A stretch of DNA of 47,667 bases from a bacterium (GTDB lineage: Bacteria > Methylomirabilota > Methylomirabilia > CAVQYV01), in NCBI GenBank assembly GCA_043800755.1, contig JAZDMQ010000127.1, forward strand, positions 1 through 47,667. Direction: 5' to 3'. Position 1 is the first letter of the stretch, and each line of letters starts with the position of its first letter. The notes under the pieces are model-generated. The model was given only the letters and a program-made list of their open reading frames with translations. It was not told where the DNA came from and ran no database searches. Position numbers and translations under genes: made by a program. Positions 7,374-17,822 of the stretch are shown in pieces.

Positions 7374-8036
7374 ATGCCATCGGTGATCTCCCGAGTCGTC
7401 GGCTCTCATCTGCTTCACTTAGAGGAGGTAGCTTCTACCTCGGATTTGGCGGCCCAGATGGCCGAGGAGGGTGCACCAGAGGGTGTGGTGGTGGTCGCCG
7501 AACGGCAAACCCGAGGACGGGGAAAGCACGGGAGGCGCTGGGAATCGCCGGCGGGAGGGCTCTGGACCTCCATCATCCTTCGTCCCCCCCATCCCTCCTC
7601 GCATGCCCCGATCTTCACCATGATGGGCGCGGTGGCCTCGGTGGAGGCAATCCGCGCCACCACCGGAATGAAGGCCTGCGTCCACTGGCCCAACGATCTC
7701 TTCCTGCAAGGTAAGAAGGTAGGAGGGATCCTATGTGAGATGAGGGGGACGGGGCGCCGGATTCGATACCTCATCATGGGGATTGGGATCAATGTCAACC
7801 AAGATCATGGCGATTTTTCCGTTCCTCTCCGGAGATGTGTGACCTCCCTTCGCCTCGAGTCGGGAAAGACCTGGGACCGAAAGGCCCTGGCCGAGGTCCT
7901 CTATGCTCGACTCGATTTCTGGTATCATAGCCTGCAAATGGAGCAGGTGCGTCCTTTACTGGACCGACTGGGGGAAGTCTTCGAGGGGCCTGATACGCCC
8001 TGGATTGGCCTGAGGGAAATGCTGGGGATCTCCTGA
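7374..8036 (+). CDS. birA: Biotin--protein ligase (no HTH; C-terminal SH3-like domain apparently absent)
   Basis: AERQTRGRGKHGRRWES, HWPNDL, KKVGGILCE and GIGINVN. Confidence 0.85.
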   Translation: MPSVISRVVGSHLLHLEEVASTSDLAAQMAEEGAPEGVVVVAERQTRGRGKHGRRWESPAGGLWTSIILRPPHPSSHAPIFTMMGAVASVEAIRATTGMKACVHWPNDLFLQGKKVGGILCEMRGTGRRIRYLIMGIGINVNQDHGDFSVPLRRCVTSLRLESGKTWDRKALAEVLYARLDFWYHSLQMEQVRPLLDRLGEVFEGPDTPWIGLREMLGIS

Positions 8037-8037
8037 C

Positions 8038-8805
8038 ATGCTCCTGGTGTTGGATGTAGGGAATACGAATATCGTCTTGGGCCTGTTTTCAGGCCGGGAC
8101 CTCCTTTACCATTGGCGGATTGTCACCCGGCGGGAAGGGACGATCGACGAATATGGCATCCTCATTCGAGAGCTTTTTTCGCTCAGGGGAGTGCAGGCGA
8201 AAGAGATCGGGGCAGCAGTAATCTCCTCAGTGGTCCCCCCCCTGCAAGCCACCCTGAAAGAAATGATCGAGGAGCACTTCGAGGTTAGCCCGTTGCTGAT
8301 AGAGCCTGGGGTCAAGACCGGGATGCCCATCCTTTACGATAACCCCAAGGAGGTGGGGGCCGATCGCATTGCGAATGCGGTTGCGGCGATTGAGAGGTAC
8401 GGGAAGCCGGCGATCGTGGTAGACTTCGGCACGGCCACCACCTTCGATGTGATCTCCGCGCGGGGAGAGTATCTGGGCGGGGCCATCGCCCCCGGCATCA
8501 ACATCTCGGCAGAAGCCCTGTTCCAAAGGGCTGCCAAGTTGCCGCGGATCGACATCAGTCGGCCAAAGGCGGCCATCGGCAAGAGCACGGTGGGGAGCAT
8601 GCAGTCTGGCCTCTATTATGGCTACCTGAGCCTGGTAGAGGGGATGTTGACCCGGATCAAGGCAGAGATGGGGCTCGACCCGATTGTGGTAGCCACCGGC
8701 GGACTTGCCCAAATGATCGTAAAGGATTCCCCCCTGGTCCATCATATCGATCCCTTGCTGACATTGGAGGGCCTGCGGATCATCTACGAGCGCAACCAAG
8801 GCTGA
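8038..8805 (+). CDS. coaX: Type III pantothenate kinase
   Basis: LVLDVGNTN, SSVVP, VGADR, VDFGTATTFD, GGAIAPG and ATGG; birA-coaX synteny. Confidence 0.95.
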   Translation: MLLVLDVGNTNIVLGLFSGRDLLYHWRIVTRREGTIDEYGILIRELFSLRGVQAKEIGAAVISSVVPPLQATLKEMIEEHFEVSPLLIEPGVKTGMPILYDNPKEVGADRIANAVAAIERYGKPAIVVDFGTATTFDVISARGEYLGGAIAPGINISAEALFQRAAKLPRIDISRPKAAIGKSTVGSMQSGLYYGYLSLVEGMLTRIKAEMGLDPIVVATGGLAQMIVKDSPLVHHIDPLLTLEGLRIIYERNQG

Positions 8806-8881
8806 CGGCCCTGCGAGGCGGGGGTTCCAAGGGGAGGATGGCCCCTTCGGAAGGGATCATTGAGGGGAGGCGGGCGCGGGG

Positions 8882-9532
8882 ATGCGGGCAAAGTGTGCGG
8901 GGTGTGGATCATTTCTTTGCTCCAAGGGAGCCCATCCGGGGACGAAGGATTTGCCGGAATCGTGTCCGATGCGGGAGAGGCGGGAGGCGCTAAAGGAAGC
9001 GAAGAAGGCTTATTCGGGCGCTTCTGTGCAGGAACTCTTCCTGCAATCGAGCCGCCTGGAGGGAGAGTATCAGAGGGCACCTCGCACCCGCCTGGAGGAG
9101 ACCCTGGTTTTTGCCAAGCGCATGGGATATCACAAATTGGGCCTGGCCTTTTGCATTGGCTTGAAAAGGGAGGCCTCCACCATTGCCCGAATCATGGCCA
9201 GAAGGGGGTTCGAGGTAGTCGGCGCCTGCTGCAAGGTGGGCGGCATGCCCAAGGAGGAGATGGGCCTTCGGGAAGAGGAGAAGCTCCATCCCTTTCACTT
9301 CGAGGCCTGCTGCAACCCCATTGCTCAGGCGAAGATCTTGAATGGGGAGGGCGCTGACTTGAATGTGCTGGTCGGCCTGTGCGTCGGTCATGATACCTTG
9401 TTCATGAGGTTCTCTTTGGCCCCGGTCACCTGCCTCATCGCCAAGGATCGCGTATTGGGACATAACCCGGCTGCGGCAGTCTACACCAGCGAGTCCTACT
9501 ACCGGGAGAGGCTATGGAGCGACGAGGATTGA
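8882..9532 (+). CDS. DUF1847-family Cys-rich putative metal-binding protein
   Basis: CxxC...C...CP N-terminus, TRLEE, GLAFCIGL, CCKVG, CNPIAQA, GLCVGHD and KDRVLGHNP. Confidence 0.8.
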   Translation: MRAKCAGCGSFLCSKGAHPGTKDLPESCPMRERREALKEAKKAYSGASVQELFLQSSRLEGEYQRAPRTRLEETLVFAKRMGYHKLGLAFCIGLKREASTIARIMARRGFEVVGACCKVGGMPKEEMGLREEEKLHPFHFEACCNPIAQAKILNGEGADLNVLVGLCVGHDTLFMRFSLAPVTCLIAKDRVLGHNPAAAVYTSESYYRERLWSDED

Positions 9533-9558
9533 GGAGGGAGGGGGAGAGAGGATTTTGC

Positions 9559-9586
9559 TTGACAAAGGGCGGGGAGTTGGTTTAAT
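9559..9586 (+). promoter_or_regulatory. sigma70 promoter for rplM-rpsI
   Basis: TTGACA, 16 nt, TGG-TTTAAT (extended -10). Confidence 0.65.
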
Positions 9587-9657
9587 TTATGCGTTCAATC
9601 TTGGCAGGAAGCATTGCGCATTGGGACAGATTGGAAGACAAAGGGGCAAGGATTTTG

Positions 9658-10095
9658 ATGAAGACCTTACATATGAGTGCAAAGGACATCACCAGGAGAT
9701 GGTATTTAGTCGATGCCGACGGGAAGATCGTGGGAAGGCTGGCCTGTGAGGTGGCCAACCTCCTGAGGGGCAAGCGCAAGCCCACCTTTTCCCCCTTCCT
9801 GGATGTCGGTGACCATGTGGTGGTAATCAATGCCGAAAGGGTGCGATTTACCGGAAAGAAACTGAAGCAAAAGACCTACTATTGGCACTCAGGCTACCCG
9901 GGCGGCCTCAAATCCACTACCGCGGAGAAGATGCTCGTGCGACACCCGGAGCGAATCTTGGAGCATGCCGTCAGGGGGATGTTGCCCAGGAATAAGCTTG
10001 GGGATGCGATCTTTAGAAAACTTAAGGTCTACGCGGGGAGGGTTCACCCTCACCAGGCGCAGCAACCCGAGACCTTCAAGGTCCCTGATAAATAA
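9658..10095 (+). CDS. rplM: 50S ribosomal protein L13
   Basis: WYLVDADG..GRLA, LRGKRKP, DVGDHVVVINA, HSGYPGG and GMLP. Start at MKT (9658). Confidence 0.97.
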   Translation: MKTLHMSAKDITRRWYLVDADGKIVGRLACEVANLLRGKRKPTFSPFLDVGDHVVVINAERVRFTGKKLKQKTYYWHSGYPGGLKSTTAEKMLVRHPERILEHAVRGMLPRNKLGDAIFRKLKVYAGRVHPHQAQQPETFKVPDK

Positions 10096-10104
10096 GGAGG
10101 GCGA

Positions 10105-10503
10105 ATGGTGCTGGAGGCAACCAAGTATTACGGAACCGGAAGGCGGAAATCCTCGGTGGCGCGGGTTTGGTTAAAGCCCGGGGAAGGGAAGGTCCTAATC
10201 AACAAGAGGGCAGCGGAGGATTACTTCCCCCGCCCTGCGCATAAGGTGCTCATTTCCACGCCCCTCAAGTTATTGGGGGTCGAAGCCAAATATGATATCA
10301 TGGCCAATGTCAGAGGGGGTGGGGCGTCAGGCCAGGCGGGCGCCATTCAGTTGGGAATCTCCCGTGCCCTCCTCGAGACGGATAGCGCCCTCAGGGTACA
10401 GTTGAGAAAGGCCGGCCTTCTCACGCGCGACCCACGGGCCAAAGAGAGAAAGAAATATGGGCAAAAGGGAGCTCGGGCACGGTTCCAGTTCTCGAAACGA
10501 TAG
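10105..10503 (+). CDS. rpsI: 30S ribosomal protein S9
   Basis: [38 protein letters not shown] and QFSKR. Confidence 0.98.
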   Translation: MVLEATKYYGTGRRKSSVARVWLKPGEGKVLINKRAAEDYFPRPAHKVLISTPLKLLGVEAKYDIMANVRGGGASGQAGAIQLGISRALLETDSALRVQLRKAGLLTRDPRAKERKKYGQKGARARFQFSKR

Positions 10504-10523
10504 GCAACCGATCAGCATGCTGC

Positions 10524-10556
10524 AGAAGGGAGGCCCGAGTGGCCTTCCTTTTTTTT
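10524..10556 (+). terminator. Intrinsic terminator after rpsI
   Basis: AGAAGGGAGGCC-cgagt-GGCCTTCCTTTT plus T run. Confidence 0.85.
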
Positions 10557-10582
10557 GCCCGGAGCGATGAGGGGATAAAAAG

Positions 10583-11629
10583 ATGGCGAAGACGAGGGTT
10601 GGCATTGTTGGGGCAACTGGCTACACCGGCGGCGAACTATTGCGTTTCCTCTTGAATCACGATCAGGCCGAGGTCAGCTGTGTTACCTCCAAGACCTATG
10701 CGAACCTTCCCCTCCAGGAGGCTTATCCCTCTCTGCGGGGGTTCCTGGATCTGACCTGCCTTCCCCTGGAGGTGGAGAAGATTGCCCCCATGGCCGATCT
10801 CTTCTTCCTGGGGCTTCCCCACAAAAAGGCGATGGAAACGGCCATTCCCCTGGTAAAGATGGGCAAGAAGGTCATCGATCTGTCCGCGGACTTTCGCCTC
10901 AAAGACCCTGCCACCTATGAGCGGTGGTATGGGGTCCCCCCTGCCAGCACCTCCCACTTGAGCCAAGCGGTCTACGGACTTCCCGAGTTGCATAAGGAAG
11001 AGATACGAAGAGCGACCCTGGTGGCCAACCCCGGCTGCTATCCTACCGGGGCGATTTTGGGATTGGCCCCGCTCCTCAAGGAAAAATTGGTCCAGCTGGA
11101 CCCGATCATCATCGATTCCAAGTCAGGGACCTCCGGGGCGGGGCGTCGGCTTGATCTGAGCCTCCATTTCCCCGAGTGCAACGAAGGACTCAGGGCCTAT
11201 GCGGTGGGCGTTCATCGCCACACCCCGGAGATCGAGCAGGAACTCTCCTTAGTGGCGAAGCAGCCCATCTCTGTCTCCTTTACTCCTCACCTGATTCCGA
11301 TCACCCGGGGCATCCTCAGCACGATCTATGTGAGGCCCCATCGTCCGCTTCCCGATAAGGAGGCGTTGGCGGTCTATCGCGCTTTTTATCAGGAGGCCCC
11401 CTTCGTGCGCATCCTCCCCGAGGGAAGGCTGCCGGATACCAAGTGCGTTCATGGGTCAAATTTCTGCGACATTGGCCTGCGTTTCGATCCCCGCACCGGA
11501 TGCCTGATCGTGATCACTGCCATCGATAATCTGGTCAAGGGGGCCTCCGGGCAGGCGATCCAGTGCATGAATATCCAATGTGGGTTTGAAGAGACCAAGG
11601 GACTCTGGCACGCGGGCCTCTTTCCGTGA
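10583..11629 (+). CDS. argC: N-acetyl-gamma-glutamyl-phosphate reductase
   Basis: GATGYTG, IDLSADFRL, ANPGCYPT, SGTSGAGR, HRHTPEI and DNLVKGASGQA. Confidence 0.97.
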   Translation: MAKTRVGIVGATGYTGGELLRFLLNHDQAEVSCVTSKTYANLPLQEAYPSLRGFLDLTCLPLEVEKIAPMADLFFLGLPHKKAMETAIPLVKMGKKVIDLSADFRLKDPATYERWYGVPPASTSHLSQAVYGLPELHKEEIRRATLVANPGCYPTGAILGLAPLLKEKLVQLDPIIIDSKSGTSGAGRRLDLSLHFPECNEGLRAYAVGVHRHTPEIEQELSLVAKQPISVSFTPHLIPITRGILSTIYVRPHRPLPDKEALAVYRAFYQEAPFVRILPEGRLPDTKCVHGSNFCDIGLRFDPRTGCLIVITAIDNLVKGASGQAIQCMNIQCGFEETKGLWHAGLFP

Positions 11630-12867
11630 GCCGAGGGCCTGCGCTCACATCGGAGGCGAAGTTGAGGGAAGTTGAGGGAGGGATTACCGCTCCCCGGGGC
11701 GTTTTGGCTGCCGGCGTTTCCTGTGGGATAAAGAAGGCCGGGCTTTTGGACTTGGCCCTGGTGGTATCGGAGAGGCCCGCGGCCGTCGCGGGCGTCTTCA
11801 CCCGCAATCTGGTGAAGGCGGCGCCGGTGCTTCTCTGCCAAGAGAGGATCGCTGCGGGGAAGTTCTCCGCCCTGGTGGCGAATAGTGGGAATGCCAATGC
11901 GTGCACGGGCGCAAGGGGGATGAGGGATGCCCGGCATACGGCGCAAATTGCGGCAAGGCTGCTGGGGCGGCCAGAGGAACAGATCTTTGTGGCCTCCACC
12001 GGGGTGATTGGAGAGCCCCTTCCTATGGAGAAGATCTCCCGCGGGATCGCCCTGGCCGTACCCGCCCTCGGCCCTGACCGGGGCCAGGAGGCAGCCCGGG
12101 CCATCATGACCACCGATACCTGTCCCAAGGAAGCCGCTGTCTCGCTGATGATGGGAGGCAAGGAGGTGCGCATTGGGGGGATGGCCAAAGGATCGGGGAT
12201 GATTTGCCCTCATATGGGCACCATGCTCGCCTTTGTGGCCTCCGACGCAGACATCTCTCCCTCCCTTTTGGCTCGCAGTTTGAAGAGGGCGACGGCCCAG
12301 TCCTTTAATCGCATTACCGTGGATGGAGATACCTCCACCAATGATATGGTACTCGCCTTTGCCAATGGGCTGTCCGGATCTTTACGCATCCGGGCCGGAA
12401 GCCCCGAATACCTGGCCTTCCAGCAGGGCTTGGATCAGGTGACTGCCTCCTTGGCCCAGATGATCGTGGAGGACGGGGAAGGAGCCACCAAGCTCATTCG
12501 CGTGGAGGTGAAAGGGGCCAGGACCGAGAGAGAGGCAGAGATCGTGGCCTTTGCCGTGGCCAACTCCAATCTGGTCAAGACGGCCTTCTTCGGAGAGGAT
12601 GGTAATTGGGGTCGGGTGATCTCCGCGATCGGATCGTCTGGGGCCAAGGTGAGGCCGGAGCGGATCGATCTCTTCTTGGGTCCGGTGCAGATTGTGAAAA
12701 AGGGAATGGGCCTGGGCAACGACCGGAAGGCGCCAACCAAGGAAATCCTGAAGGGAAGGGAGATCGATCTGGTGATTCACCTTCATCAAGGCAGATCCCA
12801 GGTCCAGGTCTTAACCTGTGATTTGAGCTACGATTATGTGAAGATCAATGCCTCGTACCGATCCTGA
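11626..12867 (+). CDS. argJ: Glutamate N-acetyltransferase / amino-acid acetyltransferase
   Basis: NSGNANACTG, STGVIG, IMTTD, AKGSGMICPHMGTML (Thr nucleophile), DGDTSTND, DGEGATK and INASYRS. GTGA overlap with argC. Confidence 0.96.
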   Translation: MSRGPALTSEAKLREVEGGITAPRGVLAAGVSCGIKKAGLLDLALVVSERPAAVAGVFTRNLVKAAPVLLCQERIAAGKFSALVANSGNANACTGARGMRDARHTAQIAARLLGRPEEQIFVASTGVIGEPLPMEKISRGIALAVPALGPDRGQEAARAIMTTDTCPKEAAVSLMMGGKEVRIGGMAKGSGMICPHMGTMLAFVASDADISPSLLARSLKRATAQSFNRITVDGDTSTNDMVLAFANGLSGSLRIRAGSPEYLAFQQGLDQVTASLAQMIVEDGEGATKLIRVEVKGARTEREAEIVAFAVANSNLVKTAFFGEDGNWGRVISAIGSSGAKVRPERIDLFLGPVQIVKKGMGLGNDRKAPTKEILKGREIDLVIHLHQGRSQVQVLTCDLSYDYVKINASYRS

Positions 12868-12997
12868 AGCCGGCCGCGAGGGGATCGCTTGAAGCCTCCC
12901 GCACTTCGCTACAGGGACTGGGCAGGCGATGTCCTTTTAGAATCTTTAGATCTGTAATAGGGTGTCAAGGGGCGGGGATACCCCGCACCCTGATTTC

Positions 12998-13085
12998 AAC
13001 TCACACGCCCTTCGATCCCACCAGGGGTGCCTGCCTGGGCAAGGCCTAAGGGGGGAGAAGAGGAGGGCGGCGGAACAACCCAACC
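12998..13085 (+). promoter_or_regulatory. rpsB leader (t44-like S2 autoregulatory RNA)
   Basis: ACUCACACGCCC...GGGGUGC...AGGGCGGCGGAACAACCC directly upstream of the rpsB RBS, resembling the t44/rpsB leader (GGGU element, flanking pairing, AACCC end). Confidence 0.55.
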
Positions 13086-13103
13086 AAGAAGGAGGCGTTG
13101 CAG

Positions 13104-13898
13104 ATGGCGATCGTGACCATGAAGGATTTGCTGGAAGCGGGTGTTCATTTTGGCCACCAGACCAAGAGATGGAACCCGAAGATGAAAAAGTACCTCTTTG
13201 GAGAGAGGAACGGCATTTATATTATCGACCTGCAGAAGACCCTGAGCAAGTTCCAGCAGGCCTATGATTTTGTCCGTCAAGTGAGCGCCTCGGGCGGCGA
13301 AGTGCTGTTCGTCGGAACTAAGAAGCAGGCAGCGGAGAGCATCTCCGAGGAGGCAAGGCGCTGCGGGATGTTTTTTGTGAACCGGCGCTGGATGGGAGGA
13401 ATGCTCACCAATTTTCAGACAATTCGCAAGAGCATCGATCGCCTCCATCAATTGGAGGTGATGAAGGAGGATGGGACCTTCGGGAAGCTCACCAAGAAGG
13501 AGGTCTTAAAGCTGGAGCGAGAGATGGCCAAGCTGGACTTCTCCCTTTCGGGAATCAAGGAGATGACCCAATTGCCGGGGGCGGTCTTTATCATCGATCC
13601 CCGCAAGGAGAGAATTGCGGTGCAGGAGGCCCGGCGTCTCGCCGTTCCGGTGGTGGCCGTCGTCGACACTAATTGCGATCCGGACGAGATCGATTACCCT
13701 ATTCCAGGCAATGATGATGCCATTCGCGCGATTCGCCTCATGTCCTCCAAGATCGCGGAGGCAGTCATCGAAGGGCGAGGGGTCAGCAAAGAAGGGGAGA
13801 TCGGGGAGGCCGTTGGCGAAGCAGCCATGGCCACGGCCGCCCCTGGGCCCCAGAATGCCCCTGCCGGGGCCGCAGCGACCGAGCAGGGAGCGGCCTGA
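13104..13898 (+). CDS. rpsB: 30S ribosomal protein S2
   Basis: [36 protein letters not shown] and [19 protein letters not shown] 13104 is 8 nt after AAGGAGG. Confidence 0.98.
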   Translation: MAIVTMKDLLEAGVHFGHQTKRWNPKMKKYLFGERNGIYIIDLQKTLSKFQQAYDFVRQVSASGGEVLFVGTKKQAAESISEEARRCGMFFVNRRWMGGMLTNFQTIRKSIDRLHQLEVMKEDGTFGKLTKKEVLKLEREMAKLDFSLSGIKEMTQLPGAVFIIDPRKERIAVQEARRLAVPVVAVVDTNCDPDEIDYPIPGNDDAIRAIRLMSSKIAEAVIEGRGVSKEGEIGEAVGEAAMATAAPGPQNAPAGAAATEQGAA

Positions 13899-14029
13899 GA
13901 AAGGACAGCAGGCGCAATCCCGAAGGGGGCGACAGGTTGGCAAGCGAAGAGAGACGGCAAATTCTTTGATGAAGATCCCTCACGACTGGCAAGAGGGAGC
14001 TTCCAACTAGAGATAAGGAGAAGCAACCG

Positions 14030-15411
<1,382 letters not shown>

Positions 15412-15415
15412 GATC

Positions 15416-15973
15416 ATGCTGAAGGGGATTTATGCGGAGACAGAAAAGGAGATGAAGAAATCCTTGGAGGCAGCCCAGAAGAGCTTTGCTGGCATCCGCA
15501 CCGGAAGGGCATCCCTTTCGTTACTGGATGAAATCCATGTGGATGCCTACGGCAGCCCCCTTCCACTGAATCAAGTAGCAGCCCTTTCCGTTCCCGAGAA
15601 CCGTTTGATGGTCATCGCCCCATGGGATAGTTCTCTCATCCCCTCTGTTGAGAAAGCCATTTTGAAGTCGGATTTGGGGATCACCCCTTCTAACGATGGG
15701 AAGATCATCCGCCTGGCCATTCCCGCGCTCACCGAGGAGCGAAGGAAGGATCTGGTGAAGGTGGTGAAGAAAATGGGGGAGGAAGGCCGGGTCGCCATCC
15801 GCAACATACGACGGGATATCAATGAGAGGATTAAAACCCTGGAAAAAAAGAAGGAGATCTCCGAAGACGATTTGCACAAGGCCCTGGATCAAACCCAGAA
15901 GTTGACCGATCAATACATCGAACAACTGGAGGGGCTCCTCGCCAAGAAAGAGAAGGAGATCATGGAGTTTTAA
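15416..15973 (+). CDS. frr: Ribosome recycling factor
   Basis: IRTGRAS, LGITPSNDG, LTEERRK and VAIRNIRRD. Confidence 0.97.
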   Translation: MLKGIYAETEKEMKKSLEAAQKSFAGIRTGRASLSLLDEIHVDAYGSPLPLNQVAALSVPENRLMVIAPWDSSLIPSVEKAILKSDLGITPSNDGKIIRLAIPALTEERRKDLVKVVKKMGEEGRVAIRNIRRDINERIKTLEKKKEISEDDLHKALDQTQKLTDQYIEQLEGLLAKKEKEIMEF

Positions 15974-16179
15974 GGAATCCTGAGCCCTCCTTCCTTCGAC
16001 AGGCCGCTCATCTCTCTTCCTCGAAGGCGAAATCGTCTTCCGCAATCTTTGCCCTTCCTTGAAAATGCATAGCGAGCGCTATTCCCGTAGCGCTGCCGTT
16101 GGGTCTACGAGCGAAGACAGTAAAGAGTAATATTCCCAGGATAACACTTGAAGTGTCTCCTCTCTTGCCAGAAGAGGTG

Positions 16180-17025
16180 ATGGAATTAGAAATGAAAGAT
16201 GTGGAGCAGGAGGGATGGAAGGAAGAGGACGGATCGCTTCCCCGGCACATCGCCATCATCATGGATGGAAACGGAAGGTGGGCACAGAGGAGGGGACTTC
16301 CCCGGATTGCTGGCCATCGCGCCGGGGCGGAGGCGACCTGGGAGATTGTCATGGCCTGCCGCCAGTGGGGCATCGAGGTGTTGAGCCTTTACACCTTCTC
16401 CATCGAGAATTGGAAAAGGCCCAAGAGCGAGACCTGGGCCCTGATGTTGCTGTTCGAGGAATTCATCCAGCGGGAGATCGATGAACTGGTTTCTAATGAC
16501 ATCCAACTCCGGGGCATTGGCAGGATGGAGGGCCTTCCCGCCTCCACTCAGAGGAAGTTGAGGGAGGCCGTCCAACGAACTTGCAAGAACCGGGCGATGG
16601 TCCTCAACCTCGCCTTGAACTATGGCGGTCGATCCGAGATCGTGGATGCCGTCAGGTCCGTGCTGGCAGCAGTGAAGGGGGGCAAACTGCGGGAGGAGGA
16701 TCTGGATGAGGAATCCTTTGCCCGCTTTCTCTACACGGCCAATCTGCCCGACCCCGATCTCCTCGTCCGCACCGGAGGAGAAATGCGGGTGAGCAATTTC
16801 CTCCTCTATCAGCTCGCCTACGCTGAATTTTGGGCGACCTCCACCTTTTGGCCGGACTTCACACCCCAGGATCTGAGGCAGGCGATTTCGGACTACCAGC
16901 AACGGGAACGCCGGTTTGGGATGATCGGAGATCAGCGCCGGATGGCGAAACCTCGAGGGAAGCCCAGCGAAGTGTCAGTTGTCCTTCCCGGCGAGGGCAT
17001 TCGGGGAGGAGACGATGCACCTTAA
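16180..17025 (+). CDS. uppS: Undecaprenyl diphosphate synthase
   Basis: PRHIAIIMDGNGRWA, FSIENWKRP, LNYGGR, RTGGEMRVSNFL and RRFG. Start 16180 or 16192. Confidence 0.95.
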   Translation: MELEMKDVEQEGWKEEDGSLPRHIAIIMDGNGRWAQRRGLPRIAGHRAGAEATWEIVMACRQWGIEVLSLYTFSIENWKRPKSETWALMLLFEEFIQREIDELVSNDIQLRGIGRMEGLPASTQRKLREAVQRTCKNRAMVLNLALNYGGRSEIVDAVRSVLAAVKGGKLREEDLDEESFARFLYTANLPDPDLLVRTGGEMRVSNFLLYQLAYAEFWATSTFWPDFTPQDLRQAISDYQQRERRFGMIGDQRRMAKPRGKPSEVSVVLPGEGIRGGDDAP

Positions 17026-17821
17026 GAGGGTCCTAAGCGCCATCGTCTTTATCCCCCTCTTTTTTATGTTGGTGAGATTTGGATCGACTCACTCCTTTTT
17101 TTTTGTTCTTTCTTTGGCCGTTCTCATTGGACTTTATGAGTTCTTCGACCTGCTGGAAAAGAGGGGTATCCGCCCCCTGAAATTCCTCGGGCTGGCCGCC
17201 GGGTCGGGGCTCACCTTTATGATCTACTTTGGTCCATCGAGTCGGGATAGTCTCTTGCTCTTTTTCGCCTTCCTCCTTATTGCCTTCTTGGTCTCCCTCC
17301 TCTGCCGCAGTGATGATTTCCAGGTGCGAATTCAGGGGGCGGGCGCTACGCTGTTAGGTATCCTCTATCTCTCTCTGCTATTGAGTTTCCTCCCTTTGCT
17401 GCGTAGGATGCCTGAAGGGGCGGTTTACATCTACTATCTCTTCGTGGTCACCTGGGCCGGGGATGCCGGAGCCTTCTATTTTGGGATCAATTTCGGTCGG
17501 AATAAACTCTGTGCGAGCCTGAGCCCGGGGAAATCAGTGGAGGGCAGTCTCGCCGGCCTCCTTGCCAGCGTAGGCGCTTCCTTTCTCGCCAGGTGGTGGT
17601 TTTTCTCTGGATTGCAGCCCTTCCACGCCCTGACCTTGGGAGTCCTCTTGGGGATCGCTGGTCAGCTCGGAGACCTCTCGGAATCCCTTCTGAAAAGGGC
17701 CCTGGCCGTTAAGGACTCCGGCTCCCTCATCCCCGGGCATGGAGGCTTCCTGGACCGAGTTGATAGCCTCCTCTTCACGGGTCCATTGCTCTACTTTTAT
17801 GTGACCCATTGTCTGCGGTGA
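17015..17821 (+). CDS. cdsA: Phosphatidate cytidylyltransferase
   Basis: Multi-TM protein with SPGKSVEG and GDLSESLLKR..VKDSG.LIPGHGGFLDRVDS. ATG 17015 follows GGAGGAG. Confidence 0.95.
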   Translation: MHLKRVLSAIVFIPLFFMLVRFGSTHSFFFVLSLAVLIGLYEFFDLLEKRGIRPLKFLGLAAGSGLTFMIYFGPSSRDSLLLFFAFLLIAFLVSLLCRSDDFQVRIQGAGATLLGILYLSLLLSFLPLLRRMPEGAVYIYYLFVVTWAGDAGAFYFGINFGRNKLCASLSPGKSVEGSLAGLLASVGASFLARWWFFSGLQPFHALTLGVLLGIAGQLGDLSESLLKRALAVKDSGSLIPGHGGFLDRVDSLLFTGPLLYFYVTHCLR

Positions 17822-17822
17822 G

